Made by a program: the position numbers and the translations under genes | NCBI RefSeq assembly: GCF_963921235.1 | Contig: NC_086097.1 | Span: 245,336,001-245,400,000 of the forward strand | Source: Mobula hypostoma | Taxonomy: Eukaryota | DNA length: 64,000 nt | Reading direction: 5' to 3' | Notes under the pieces: generated by a model | Told to the model about the DNA's origin: nothing | Seen by the model: the letters and a program-made list of their open reading frames with translations, nothing else | The model's database searches: none | Shown here: positions 53,375 through 64,000 of the stretch, one piece after another | Layout of the letters: each line of letters begins with the position of its first letter | Numbering within the stretch: the stretch's first letter is position 1

Positions 53375-53900
53375 CATGGCCAATTTATTAAATACCTCCT
53401 GTACCAAATACAGTGGGCACTGAGCGTACGTTCAAGGTCTTCTGCTGCTGTAGCCCATCAACTTCAAGATACAACGTGTTGTGTTCATAGATGCTCTTCT
53501 GCCCACCATTGTTGTAAAACATAGTTATCTGAGTTACTTTCGCCTTCCTATCAACTTAAACCAGTCTGGCCATTCTCCTCTGAATTCTCTCATTCACAAG
53601 GTGTTTTTGCCGCTTACTGGAATTTTTTTTTTGCACTATTCTCTGTAAACTCTAGAGACAGTTGTGCGTGAAAATCCCAGGAAATCAGCAGTTTCTGGGA
53701 TACTCAAACCACCCCATCTGGCACCAACAATCATTTCACGGTCAAAGTCACTTAGATTCCCCATTCTGATGTTCGGTCTGAACTGAACAGACCATGTCTG
53801 CATGCTTTATGCATTGAGTTGCTGCCACAGGATTGGGTAATTAGATAATTGTATTAATGAGCAAGTATAGAGGTGTACCTAATAAAGTGGCCACTGAGTG
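53375..53900 (-). mobile_element. Second copy of the internally deleted Tc1-like element
   Basis: Reverse complement is colinear with 49471-50298; TIR gtacctaataaagtggccactgagtg+ta. Confidence 0.85.
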
Positions 53901-56510
53901 TATGTCTCTGTATACTGCCCTGAGTCCATTTTCTTGTAGGTTTTACTACAAAATAAAGAAAATCAATATAAATTATGGGGAAAAAACTATATATGAAGAC
54001 TGATGAAAAGCCAGAAGACAAATTGGGCAAATAAAAATAATTTTGAGAACATGAGTTGTAAAGAGTCCTTTGAAAGTGAGTCAGTAGGTTGTAGAATCAG
54101 TTCATTTAGAATGTACATTCTAAAGGCATTGAATGGAACCTTTTGGGAATAAAAGTTAAATTTTAGTTTTTGTATTGTGTTACTTGGTTACTCTCCGGGT
54201 AGACGTGCGCAAAGGGAAGGTACTGTCCGTATGCTAAACTGCATCCTGCAGATTTTTTTTAATGAAACCAGTTTTTCTATGTTTGTGTAATGAGTGTAAA
54301 ATAATGATACTTAGGTCACTGTTGTTGTTTAGTTAAATTTAATTGACCATTTTTCATATTGCAGAGGTTATTTTGTGAATTATGAAAGCTTATTTTTTGC
54401 CACATTAGGTTTAGTTGGCTCTGAGGCTCTGAATTTGTCTGTAGTGCTTGTCAGCATGGCTGGGTCATCAGTCATCCATGTATTACTGATGCCTTGAGGC
54501 TGTGCACCCGGTCCTCCTTAACACCCTCACAGACACAAAAGTATTTGTACTCGACCGACTTGTAGAATTACTGGTCAGAGTTCTGCCTGACTGACTCTGA
54601 GGTAAGCTTCTCTGTGCCTCCAAGCTGAATATAATCGTCTTTGTCTTGCAGGGCTAAGTTTGGCTGTCATAAATGTCGAAGAAAATGCTCACTTTTCCTG
54701 TACAATTACAGATATAGTGTTGGAGTCACTTTTCTGATACAGTATGTGGTTGGTGAGATGTGTAGTTCCTAGCTGGATTTTATTAAAAAATATACTGAAA
54801 GGAGGCATTTAGTTAAGTGAAAACAGAAAAAATGTTAAATTGGTCTTGGCATTACAGTGTTCCTCATATTTATAGTTACATATTTTTATTAGGTTTGCAA
54901 TTTGGGTTTGAAATTGGTGATTTTAGCTTCCCAAAAAATTGAAATTCTTTTGTAAAATATAATGAAGACATGGCCCAGTAAATTTGTTTTTATAGATTTT
55001 CTTCTTAGTAGAATGAGGGTACAGATAAATATGTAGCAGTAAGGAATGTCAGTGGTTACTTGACTGAAAGCTGTTGACTTACTTATAAAAGACTGCAAAT
55101 CTATGCATCTATCATATGTGCAGAATATTTTCTGAAATTAACAATGGGTTTTAAACATCTTCAGTTTATTGTGCAAGTGTGACTGGTTTAACAAGTCATT
55201 ATATTTCACTCAATTGTTAAGTGAGGGAAGAATCTCTGGGCTTTGGTGCTGTTACAGTGCTGTGGTGTACAGGGCTCCTGCATTGGCGTGGATGGCTTCA
55301 CTTGCCCTAGCACTGAAGCCTTTGGACGCACTTTTGGGGACTCTGCGGCTCACGTTCTCAGTTTTGCATGTTTACGTTTCTTTCTATTATTTGCACGATT
55401 TGTGATCATTTGCACGTTGGATGTTTGTCAGTCTTTGCAATGTGTGGTTTTCCATGGATTCTGTTATATTTCCCTGTTTTCCTGTGGATGCCTGCAAAAA
55501 AATGAAACTCAAGGTTGTATATGGTATGCATACTTTGATAATAAATTTACTTTGAACTTTTAATGATTTCTAAATGGACATTGAACCCATGAACGCTACC
55601 TGACTACTTTTTTTTATTTCTGTTTTTGTTTTGCACTACTTACTTTAACTATTTAATGGACATCTATATATATATATTTTACTGTAACTCATTTTTTTCT
55701 GTATATTTATTTATCATGTTTTGCATTGTACTGTTGCCATAAAGTTAACAAATTTCATGACATATGCCGGTGGTATTAAACCTGATTCTGATTTTAATGT
55801 AAAGATAATTTGAATAATTAAGAAGGATTTAAATATCTTAAACTTCTTAATGCTAGTGCATTTTGTAGTATATTTGTTAAAGTTTATATAATATATGTTG
55901 AAGGCGGAATTTTATGATAATTAGAGCAGCAAACCTTATTGAAATAAGAACTGCTTGATGAAAACAGTGATTTCCATCAGTGTGTAGCTAAGTGCTTCAG
56001 ACACTGATCTCTTATCCTTCTACCGCGGATAGCTTTGTAATTACTTGTCGGTAGTGCTTGAATAATGATTACAGCATGGTGGAGCACCGTACAAAGCAGG
56101 GAGCATGAGTAATTAAAAGTGTTTTGATTTCCAGCCAGTGTTTAATATTTCATAGATATGTTGAAATACTTCCTGCAGTGTTTCCTGCTATTGTGATGTT
56201 CGTTATATGTTGCTGGCTATTGTTGCTAAAGGAGTCAACGGTGTGTACAGGAGTCTTAATTGAAGGTGATAAACTGTGTGGCAGAGCCAGGATTAGGAAT
56301 TGCACCCATGTTGGTTCCAGTTTCTGGCTTTTGGAAGAATTTGCCTTGGTGGGATCTGTTTCCTCCCCCCCCCCCCCCACCACCTTTGTTCTGTGAAACG
56401 GAGGTTAACATTAAAACTCAGCGTCATTCATTTTGAGTGTTTTAACGTTACAAATATTGCTGGACTTCACTTTTATTAGAAAATTGTTGCATTATTTTTT
56501 TTCCCTAGAG

Positions 56511-56583
56511 CAGGGGTTCCCAACGTGGGATCCATGGACCTCTCTGTTAATGGTACGTGGCAAAAAAAGGTTGGGAACCTCTA
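56511..56583. mobile_element. Very short hAT/Charlie-like MITE
   Basis: TIRs caggggttcccaac and gttgggaacctct; left flank ccctagag resembles a Charlie-type target. Confidence 0.6.
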
Positions 56584-56589
56584 CATAGA

Positions 56590-56970
56590 AGATTAGGGGA
56601 GATATGACGGAGGTATACAATATTATGTAGATTATAGATGCTGTAATTGCAAGCAGGCTTTTTCCACTGAGGTTGGGTGGCACCAGGTTTGGGGGTCATG
56701 GGTTAAGGGTGAAAGATGAAATATTTAAGGGGAACATGAGGGGAAACTTTTTCACTCAGAGGGTGATGAGAGAGCAGAACGAGCTGCCAACGGAAGTGGT
56801 GCATGTGGTCCAATTTCAACCTTTAAGAGACATCTGGATAGGCACATGGATGGGAGGCGTGTGGAGGGGTATGGTGTAGGTGCAGGTCAAAGGGACGAGG
56901 CAGATTCATTATTCAGCGTGGACTAGATTGGCGGAGGGCCTGTTTCTGTGCTGTTGCATTCTGTGGCTCT
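56590..56970 (+). mobile_element. CR1 LINE 3' fragment
   Basis: GHGLRVK...MRGNFFTQRV. Confidence 0.8.
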
Positions 56971-57270
56971 ATGGCAATTGCAAAATTAGAACTACCTTTT
57001 CAGATAATCTGCTTCTGAGTTTGGCATCAATGGAATCTGTCGGAAAAACTTAAACACTCACTTGTACGTACTGTACATTTGAAAGAAATGAAACTCGATC
57101 AGTTTGCAACACCATTGTTTAAAACAAAATTCCTACTGAGTAAAAGAGGCCATTATTATCTGGTAGATTTGATATACTATAACTACATGTGTCATTTAGA
57201 ATGCACGGAGTGTGTGTAGAATATAATGACCTCACATTTTATTTTGTTAACATGTTACTTAGTAATTCCC

Positions 57271-57700
57271 ATAAACACCAGAAATTCTGCATTTGCTGGG
57301 AATCCCAAGTAATGCACAGAAAATGCTGGAAGAATTCATCAGGTCAGGAGGATCTATGGAGAGGAATAAAGAGTCAACGTTTTGGGCTGAGACTCTTCAT
57401 CAGGACCTGCTGAGTTCCACAAACACAAAGATGGAAGAGGGTTCTTCATCTCTTTTCCTCTTCCACCTAACCTCCCCCAGCTTCTCACTTCACCCTCCTC
57501 TCCCCCACCCACCTACCTTCCGCCTCACCTGATCTCACCTATCCTCTCATTTCACCACTCCTCCCCAGCTTGTACTCCTTCTCAGGCACCCTCTTCCTTC
57601 CTTTCCAGTCCTGATGAAGGGTCTCAACCCGAACGGTCGACTGTCAACTCCTCCATAGATGCTGCCTGACCTACTGAGTTCCTCAGGCATTTGGTATGCT
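57271..57700. mobile_element. PLE remnant with inverted terminal repeats
   Basis: Minus-strand arm at 57271-57407 and plus-strand arm at about 57440-57700; mutated hammerhead at 57606-57643. Confidence 0.7.
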
Positions 57701-57946
57701 TTATTTAGTATTTACTGATTGTACTTACCGTGACATTCTGGGAATTTTATCCTCTTAGTGCATCTTCTAGCATGTAGCTTCCAAGTAGTATTTGTTTAAT
57801 GTAAAAAATGGCCTAGTTTTGCATCTGTATGTCCTAATTAAATACCAAATTGAATTTGTAATGTAATCAATGATCTGTTTTAAGACTTCACTTCTGAATA
57901 GATCAGAGAATTTAAAATCTCATTAAGGCTTGTACCATCTTTGTGT

Positions 57947-58136
57947 AAACACGAGGAATTCTGCAGATGCTGAAAATTCAAGCAACACACATCAAAGTTG
58001 CTGGTGAACGCAGCAGGTCAGGCAGCGTCTCTAGGAAGAGGTACAGTCGACGTCTCGGCCCGAATCGTCGACTGTACCTCTTCCTAGAGATGCCATCTGG
58101 CCTGCTGCGTTCACCAGCAACTTTGATGTGTGTTGC
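57947..58136. mobile_element. PLE-derived fold-back mini-element with 14 bp TSD
   Basis: Arms at 57981-58052 and 58066-58137; taccatctttgtgt occurs at 57933-57946 and 58137-58150. Confidence 0.9.
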
Positions 58137-58154
58137 TACCATCTTTGTGTGACA

Positions 58155-58880
58155 GGATTGAGGAAACTGCTTATGTCATAAATCATAATGCTTTGGTCAG
58201 GCCGCACTTGGAATATGGTGAACAGTTTTGGGCCCCTATCTAAAAAAGGACGTGCTTGTCATTGAAAGGGTCCAGAGGAGGTTCATGGGAATGATCCCAT
58301 TCTGTGGCTTTATAAGGCATTGGTCAGACTGCATTTGGAGTACTGCGAGCAGTATTGGGCCCCTTATTTAAGAAAGGATAAGCTGAGTGTCCAAAAGAGT
58401 GATCCTGGGAATGAAAGGGTTAACATATGAGGAGTGTTTGGTGGCTCTGGACCTGTACTCACTGGGGTTTAGACAAATGAGGGGGGAATCTCATTGAAAC
58501 CTATTGAATATTGAATGGTCTAGATAGAGCGGACATGGAGGAAGAGAGTCTAGTTTGGCCTGGGTAAGAGTCTTTAATGGACTAGGACCAGAGGGAACAG
58601 CCTGTGAGTAGAATCCTCTTAGAACAGGGATGAGGAGGAATTTCTTTAGCCAGAGAGTGATCAGTCTGTGGAATTCATTGCCATGGATGGCTATGGAGGC
58701 CAAGTCATTGGATATATTTAAAACAGAGTTTGATAGGCTCTTGATTAGTCAGGGAGTCAAAAGTTACACACAGAAGGTAGGACATGGGTTTGAGAGGGAT
58801 AATAAATCAGCCATGATGGAATGGGGAAGCAGATTCGATGGGTCGAATGGCCTAATTCTACTCCAATGTCTAATGGTCTA
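58155..58880 (+). mobile_element. CR1 3' fragments
   Basis: MRRNFFSQRVISLWNSLP. Confidence 0.8.
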
Positions 58881-59156
58881 AGTCAGAATTAACTTACTGA
58901 AGTCTTGAAATAAATTTGTAGCATGAAGGTTTGCAGGGCTTTTACTTAACGTACTGAATGCTGCATCATGAAAAAAAGGATTAAAATACAGTAGATTAAT
59001 TCAGTGTGTGTTGTACTTTATGAATGTTTAATAACCGTAGACTATTATCTCGCTCTTCCTCTATTGCGTTTATTTTTGTAACTTATAGTCATTTTTATAT
59101 CTTGCACTGTACTGCTGCTACAGAACAACAAATTTCATGACAGCAACACACACAAA

Positions 59157-60245
59157 CTGGTTGGCAGATAGAAAGCAAAGGGTAGCAGTGAATGGGTGTT
59201 TCTCAGAATGGCAGGTGGTGACTAGTGGGGTGCCACAGGGCTCGGTATTGGGACCACAGCTGTTTACGTTTTACGTCAATGATTTAGAGGAAGGCATTGT
59301 GAATAACATCAGCAAGTTTGCTGATGATACTAAGCTGGGTGGCAGTGTGACGTGATGAGGATGTTAGGAGAATTCCAGGTGACTTGGATAGGCTGGGTGA
59401 GTGGGCAGAAACTTGGCAGATGGCGTTTAATGTGAATAAGTGTGAGGTTATTCACTTTGGGAGCAAGAACAGGAAGGCAGATTATTATCTGAACAGTGTG
59501 GAGTTAGGTAAGGGAGAAATACAAAGAGATCTAGGAGTACTTGTTCATCAGTCTCTGAAGGTGAATGAGCAAGTGCAGCAGGCAGTGAAGAAGGCTAATG
59601 GAATGTTGGCTTTTATGACAAAGGGAATTGAGTACAAGAGCAAGGAAATCCTTTTGCATTTGTACAGGGCCCTGGTGAGACCACACCTGGAGTATTGTGT
59701 GCAGTTTTGGTCTCCAGGGTTAAGGAAGGACATCCTGGCTGTGGAGGAGTTGCAGTGTAGGTTCACTAGGTTAATTCCTGGGATGTCCGGACTGTCTTAC
59801 GCAGAGAGGTTAGAGAGACTGGGCTTGTACACGCTGGAATTAAGGAGATTGAGGGGGGATCTGATTGAGACATATAAGATTATTAAGGGATTGGACAAGA
59901 TAGAGGCAGGAAACATGTTCCAGATGCTGGGAGAGTCCAGTACCAGAGGGCATGGTTTAAGAATAAGGGGTAGGTCATTTCGGACAGAGTTGAGGAGGAA
60001 CAACTTCTCCCAGAGAGTTGTGGAGGTGTGGAACACACTGCCTCAGAAGGCAGTGGAGGCCAATTCTCTGGATGCTTTCAAGAAGGAGCTAGATAGGTAT
60101 CTTATGGATAGGGGAATCAAGGGTTATGGGGACAAGGCAGGAATCAGATATTGATAGTAGATGATCAGCCATGATCTCAGAATGGCGGTGCAGGCTCGAA
60201 GGGCTGAATGGTCTACTTCTGCACCTATTGTCTATTGTCTAATGT
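59157..60245 (+). mobile_element. Young 5'-truncated CR1 LINE inserted in a PLE terminal repeat
   Basis: ORFs 59137-59355 and 59384-60154 ([20 protein letters not shown]); ctattgt tail. The flanks rejoin as gcaacacacaca|aaatgctggagg. Confidence 0.92.
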
Positions 60246-60417
60246 AAAATGCTGGAGGAACACAGCAGGTCAGGCAGCCTCTACGGAGGAGAATAAACAG
60301 TGGATGCTCCAGGACCTGATGAAAGGTCTTGGGCCTAAATGTTGACTGTTGATTCTGCTCTGTGGGACAGTGTTTTTTGTGTTGCTCCTAGTATGCTTAC
60401 CATTGGTACAATAAAAG

Positions 60418-61596
60418 CAATGGACAACAAATCTTTTCCAGAAGTATTGCTTCTTCAGAATTTTATTTTTATTTATGATAGACTGCTTGAAACTGAACAC
60501 AAATATAATTTCAGAATTTTAGGAATTTGAAGAAACAACAAATTAACTTTTATTGAATATATGTGTTTAATTGCATGATGGTGCTGACTTTTTGCAATAG
60601 TTCAACTAAGCTAAAAATGTTTTGTTGATGATTTTTGTTTGTACTCAGTGTCTGAGGCTTCTCGTTTAAGCATCCAACAATAATCAGCCAGCATTGATGG
60701 ATTCCAGTTGCCCTGATGCAGTTTCCCCATGACTGCAATATCTTGGTGAAACCTTTCACTGTGCTCGTTACTGACAGCACTAAGATTTCCAGGGAACAAG
60801 TTTAAAGGGGAATCAGAATCAAGTTTAATATCACTGGCATATGTCGTGTAATTTTTTAACTTTATGGCAGCAGGACAATGCCATACATGACAAATATAGA
60901 AAAAAACCTGAATTGCAGTAAATATATAAATGGATATTAAATGGTTAAGCTTGAATAATTAGTGCAGAAATAAATTTAAAAAAGAATGCAGAAAGTGAAT
61001 CTTTAGTGACATGTTGCACCTCATGGTTTTGTATGCTTGAAGCATGTTGTCAACCAGCTGCACCTAGTTTGATGTCGTAGTTGTAGAGTACAACAGAGAA
61101 ATAAACCCTTTGGCCCATCTAGTTCACGCTGAAACCATTTAAACTCCCTTCACCCTTCGAACTGCACTGGGTTTGTAGCCCTCCATACCCCTAACATCCA
61201 TGTATCTATCCAAGCTTCTCTTAAACGTTGAAATCGAGCTTACATGCACCACTTGTGTTGGCAGCTCATTCCATACTCTCACCACCCTCAGAGCCAAGGT
61301 GTTCTGTAATCTTCAACAGCATCCTTGAATACCTTCCATGCAATTTTCTGTTGTCCCATTGGAAGTTCTTCAAATTGCCTGTCATTGCTGACCTGTTTGA
61401 TTTGTGGACCACAGAAATAGCTTTCTTAATCTTGGCGTCAGTTATTCTGACTTGAATTATGAATTGAAGTAATAAATATAGGCAATTTCACAAAAATAGT
61501 GTGTGATAGGAAAATTTCATGGTGATTTTCATGATCAGCAGCCCAAAATCCATTACACCCAAAAGTATTGAGGAAGCAAAACCTTTGTTGTCAGTG
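60418..61596 (-). mobile_element. DNA transposon remnant, Chapaev3(CMC)-like transposase C-terminus, split by two retro-insertions
   Basis: Minus-strand pieces: TDAKIKK...GPQIKQV, KIAWKVFKD, LVDNMLQAYKTMRCNMSLKIHFLH and FPGNLSAVSNEHSERFHQDI...MLADYCW. Imperfect TIRs caatggacaacaaa and tttgttgtcagtg. Confidence 0.6.
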
Positions 61597-61929
61597 ATAT
61601 TAGTTTGTTAGATGTTCTTGTCTCTCAGAGTACTCATAAACCATGCAGTTCAGTGTCTTATTGTCTCTGCAGATTAAGGTGAAAGTGTAAATATTTAAAG
61701 GGAGCTGAGGGGCAGTATTTTCATGCAGAAGATGGGTATATGGAGCAAGCTGCCAGAGGAAGTGGTAGAGGCAGGAACAATTACAACGTTTAAAAGACGT
61801 TTGTGCAGGTAACGCTCACAAAATGTTGGAGGAACTCAGCAGGTCAGGCAGCAGCTATGGAGAGGAATAAAGAGCCGATGTTTCAGGCCGAGGCCCTTCA
61901 TCAAGATGTGGATATGTATAGTTTAAAGG

Positions 61930-62540
61930 GATATAACATAGCACAACATAGTTCAGCACAGGAGCCGGCTCGTTGGTCCATAATGTTGTGTTGAGCAAAT
62001 AAATTAGTAATCAAACGGCTAATCCCTTTTTCCTATGCAATGTCCATAGCCTTCCATTTTCCTCATATTCATGTGTCTACCTGAACCTCTCTTAAAAGCT
62101 CCTAATGTTTCTGCCTCTATCGCCACCCCAGGCAGCGTATTCCAGGCACCCACCACTCTCTGTGTAAAAACCCTGCCCCTCACATCTCCTCTGAACTTAC
62201 TCCCTCTCATCTTAAATGCATGCCCTCTGGTATTAAGATGAAAAACATACTGTCTCTCTACTCTGTCTGTGCCTCTCAGAATCTTATAGACCTCTATCAG
62301 ATCTCCCCTCAGCCTCCAGTGCTCCAGAGAAACCAACTCAAGTGTGTCCAACTTCCTAAGATAGCACGTGCCCTGTAATCCAGGCAGCATCCTGGTAAAC
62401 CTCTTCTGCACCCTCTCCAAAGCCTCGACATCCTTCCAATAATGGGGTGACCAGAACGGTGTGCAATATTCCAGATGAAGCCTCACTAGAGTTTTATAAA
62501 GCTGCAACATAACTTCCTGATGTTTGAACTCAATGCCTTC
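61930..62540 (-). mobile_element. CR1 LINE 3' fragment
   Basis: ORF 62019-62510 reads LYKTLVRLHLEYC...LRGDLIEVYKI. Confidence 0.88.
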
Positions 62541-62954
62541 TTAACCACCCTAACAACCTGCGTAGTCAGGTGCACTAGGATATTGGCAAAGCACAGGACA
62601 GCGGGAGTAGCTCGGGTAGGCACCTTGGTTGGCGGATGGCCCTGTTTCTGTATTCCCCATGACTCAACAATTGATTAACTCTTTTATCTCTGTTTTGGGG
62701 AGAAAGTATTTTGTAAGGAAATGATATTGCGGTAAACGTCCTGTTGGAGATTTGACCGCTGTAGTGATTCTTAATGTTCCTCTGGGTCATACAGCATCAT
62801 GTCAGAAACTCTTAGATAGGCACATGGAAACGTGTAGGAGGGCAGGTTAGATTGATGTAGAGTAGTTGTTAAAGTAGGTTAAAAGGTTGTCACAACATTG
62901 TGGCTGAAGGACCTATTCTGTGCTGTAATGTTTGATGTAAAAGGACAATTTTAA

Positions 62955-63192
62955 TTATTTATTGAGAGATGCAACGTGGTAAAGGGCCCTTCCAGCCAAC
63001 AAGACCACACCACCCCATTACACCCGTGTGACCCATTGACCTACTAACCCACACGTCTTTGGAATGTGGGAGGAGACCAGAGCACCCAGAGGAAACCCAC
63101 ATGGTCACGGGGAGAATGCACAGGCAGTGGTGGTAATTGAACCTGGGCGCTGTAATAGCGTTATGCTGACCGCTGTTCTACAGTGCTGCCCA
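62955..63192 (-). mobile_element. HE1/V-SINE-like SINE
   Basis: Reverse strand has the head gggcagcactgtagaacagcggtcagc and the core gggtttcctctgggtgctctggtctcctcccac. Confidence 0.7.
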
Positions 63193-63727
63193 AGGTATAT
63201 TCCTTATGGAAATGGATCAGCAGGGAATAAAACTGGTGTAAGAATCAAGACCATTCCTTCAATGTATCCATTATTTTAGATTAAAGAGAGAATGGGCCAT
63301 ATTGAACCTCGCCTGACTCATGCCTCGCGGTATCCCTTTCTGCTTCTCATTCAAATTTTACAACTGTGCTCACTGCTGTGGAGCCTTCCTTGGAGACAGA
63401 AAAGACATGAGTGAGTGACCTGACTTCTCCACTAGCTCTGTAACAGGGTGCGCTATCGGAAGACGAGACTGTTTCCAAATGCTTCCAATATTCAGACTAT
63501 AAGACGTAGAAGCATAATTCAGCCATTTGGCCCATCCAGTCTGCTCCTCTGTACCATTCAGGCTGATTTTTGTTTCTCTCAACCCCGTTCTCATGCCTTC
63601 TCCCCGTAACCTTTGACACCCTGGATTAACCAAGAACCTTTTAACCTCCACTTTAAATAAACGCAATGACTTGGCCTCCACATTTGTCTGCAGATTCACC
63701 ACCCTTTGGCTAAAGAAATCCTTCCTC

Positions 63728-64000
63728 ATAGTCATAGTCATAGTCATACTTTATTGATCCCGGGGGAAATTGGTTTTCATTACAGTTGCACCATAAATAA
63801 TAAATAGTAATAGAACCATAAATAGTTAAATAGTAATATGTAAATTATGCCAGGAAATTATGAAATAAGTCCAGGACCAGCCTATCGGCTCAGGGTGTCT
63901 GACCCTCCAAGGGAGGAGTTGTAAAGTTTGATGGCCACAGGCAGGAATGACTTCCTATGACACTCTGTGCTGCATCTCGGTGGAATGAGTCTCTGGCTGA
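63728..64000 (-). mobile_element. LINE 3' end (Rex1-like) with (TGACTA)n tail, inserted in a CR1 3' fragment (63495-63727)
   Basis: atagtcatagtcatagtcatac next to tttattg (aataaa on the minus strand); runs off the window. Confidence 0.6.

Noticed and set aside
8526..61910. Recurring palindromic repeat as a possible CRISPR array or REP element
   Set aside because: Copies are dispersed, have no spacers, and are physically linked to PLE GIY-YIG sequence in a eukaryotic context.

Overview
This is a repeat-dense vertebrate window, most likely from a cartilaginous fish (ray/shark). That inference rests on HE1/V-SINE-type SINEs and abundant CR1-type LINEs. I recognise no host protein-coding exon; every interpretable ORF derives from a transposon. 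Elements present: many CR1 LINE fragments (one near full length at 26.1-30.4 kb), a near full-length degenerate L1 (11.0-16.2 kb), Rex1/Babar fragments, Penelope-like elements (PLEs; GIY-YIG and RT remnants), two internally deleted Tc1 elements, hAT MITEs and a Chapaev3-like transposase remnant. The main host feature is a CpG-island promoter at about 46.6-47.5 kb with a probable non-coding first exon ending at a CAG|GTAAGA donor (46920/46921), inside a roughly 9 kb CpG-retaining domain. The most interesting signal is a dispersed set of minimal type I hammerhead ribozyme motifs in PLE terminal repeats, several within ~200 bp fold-back mini-insertions, two of which have exact 14 or 16 bp target-site duplications. 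Coordinates of degenerate repeats are approximate, and family names come from motif recognition, not a database search.
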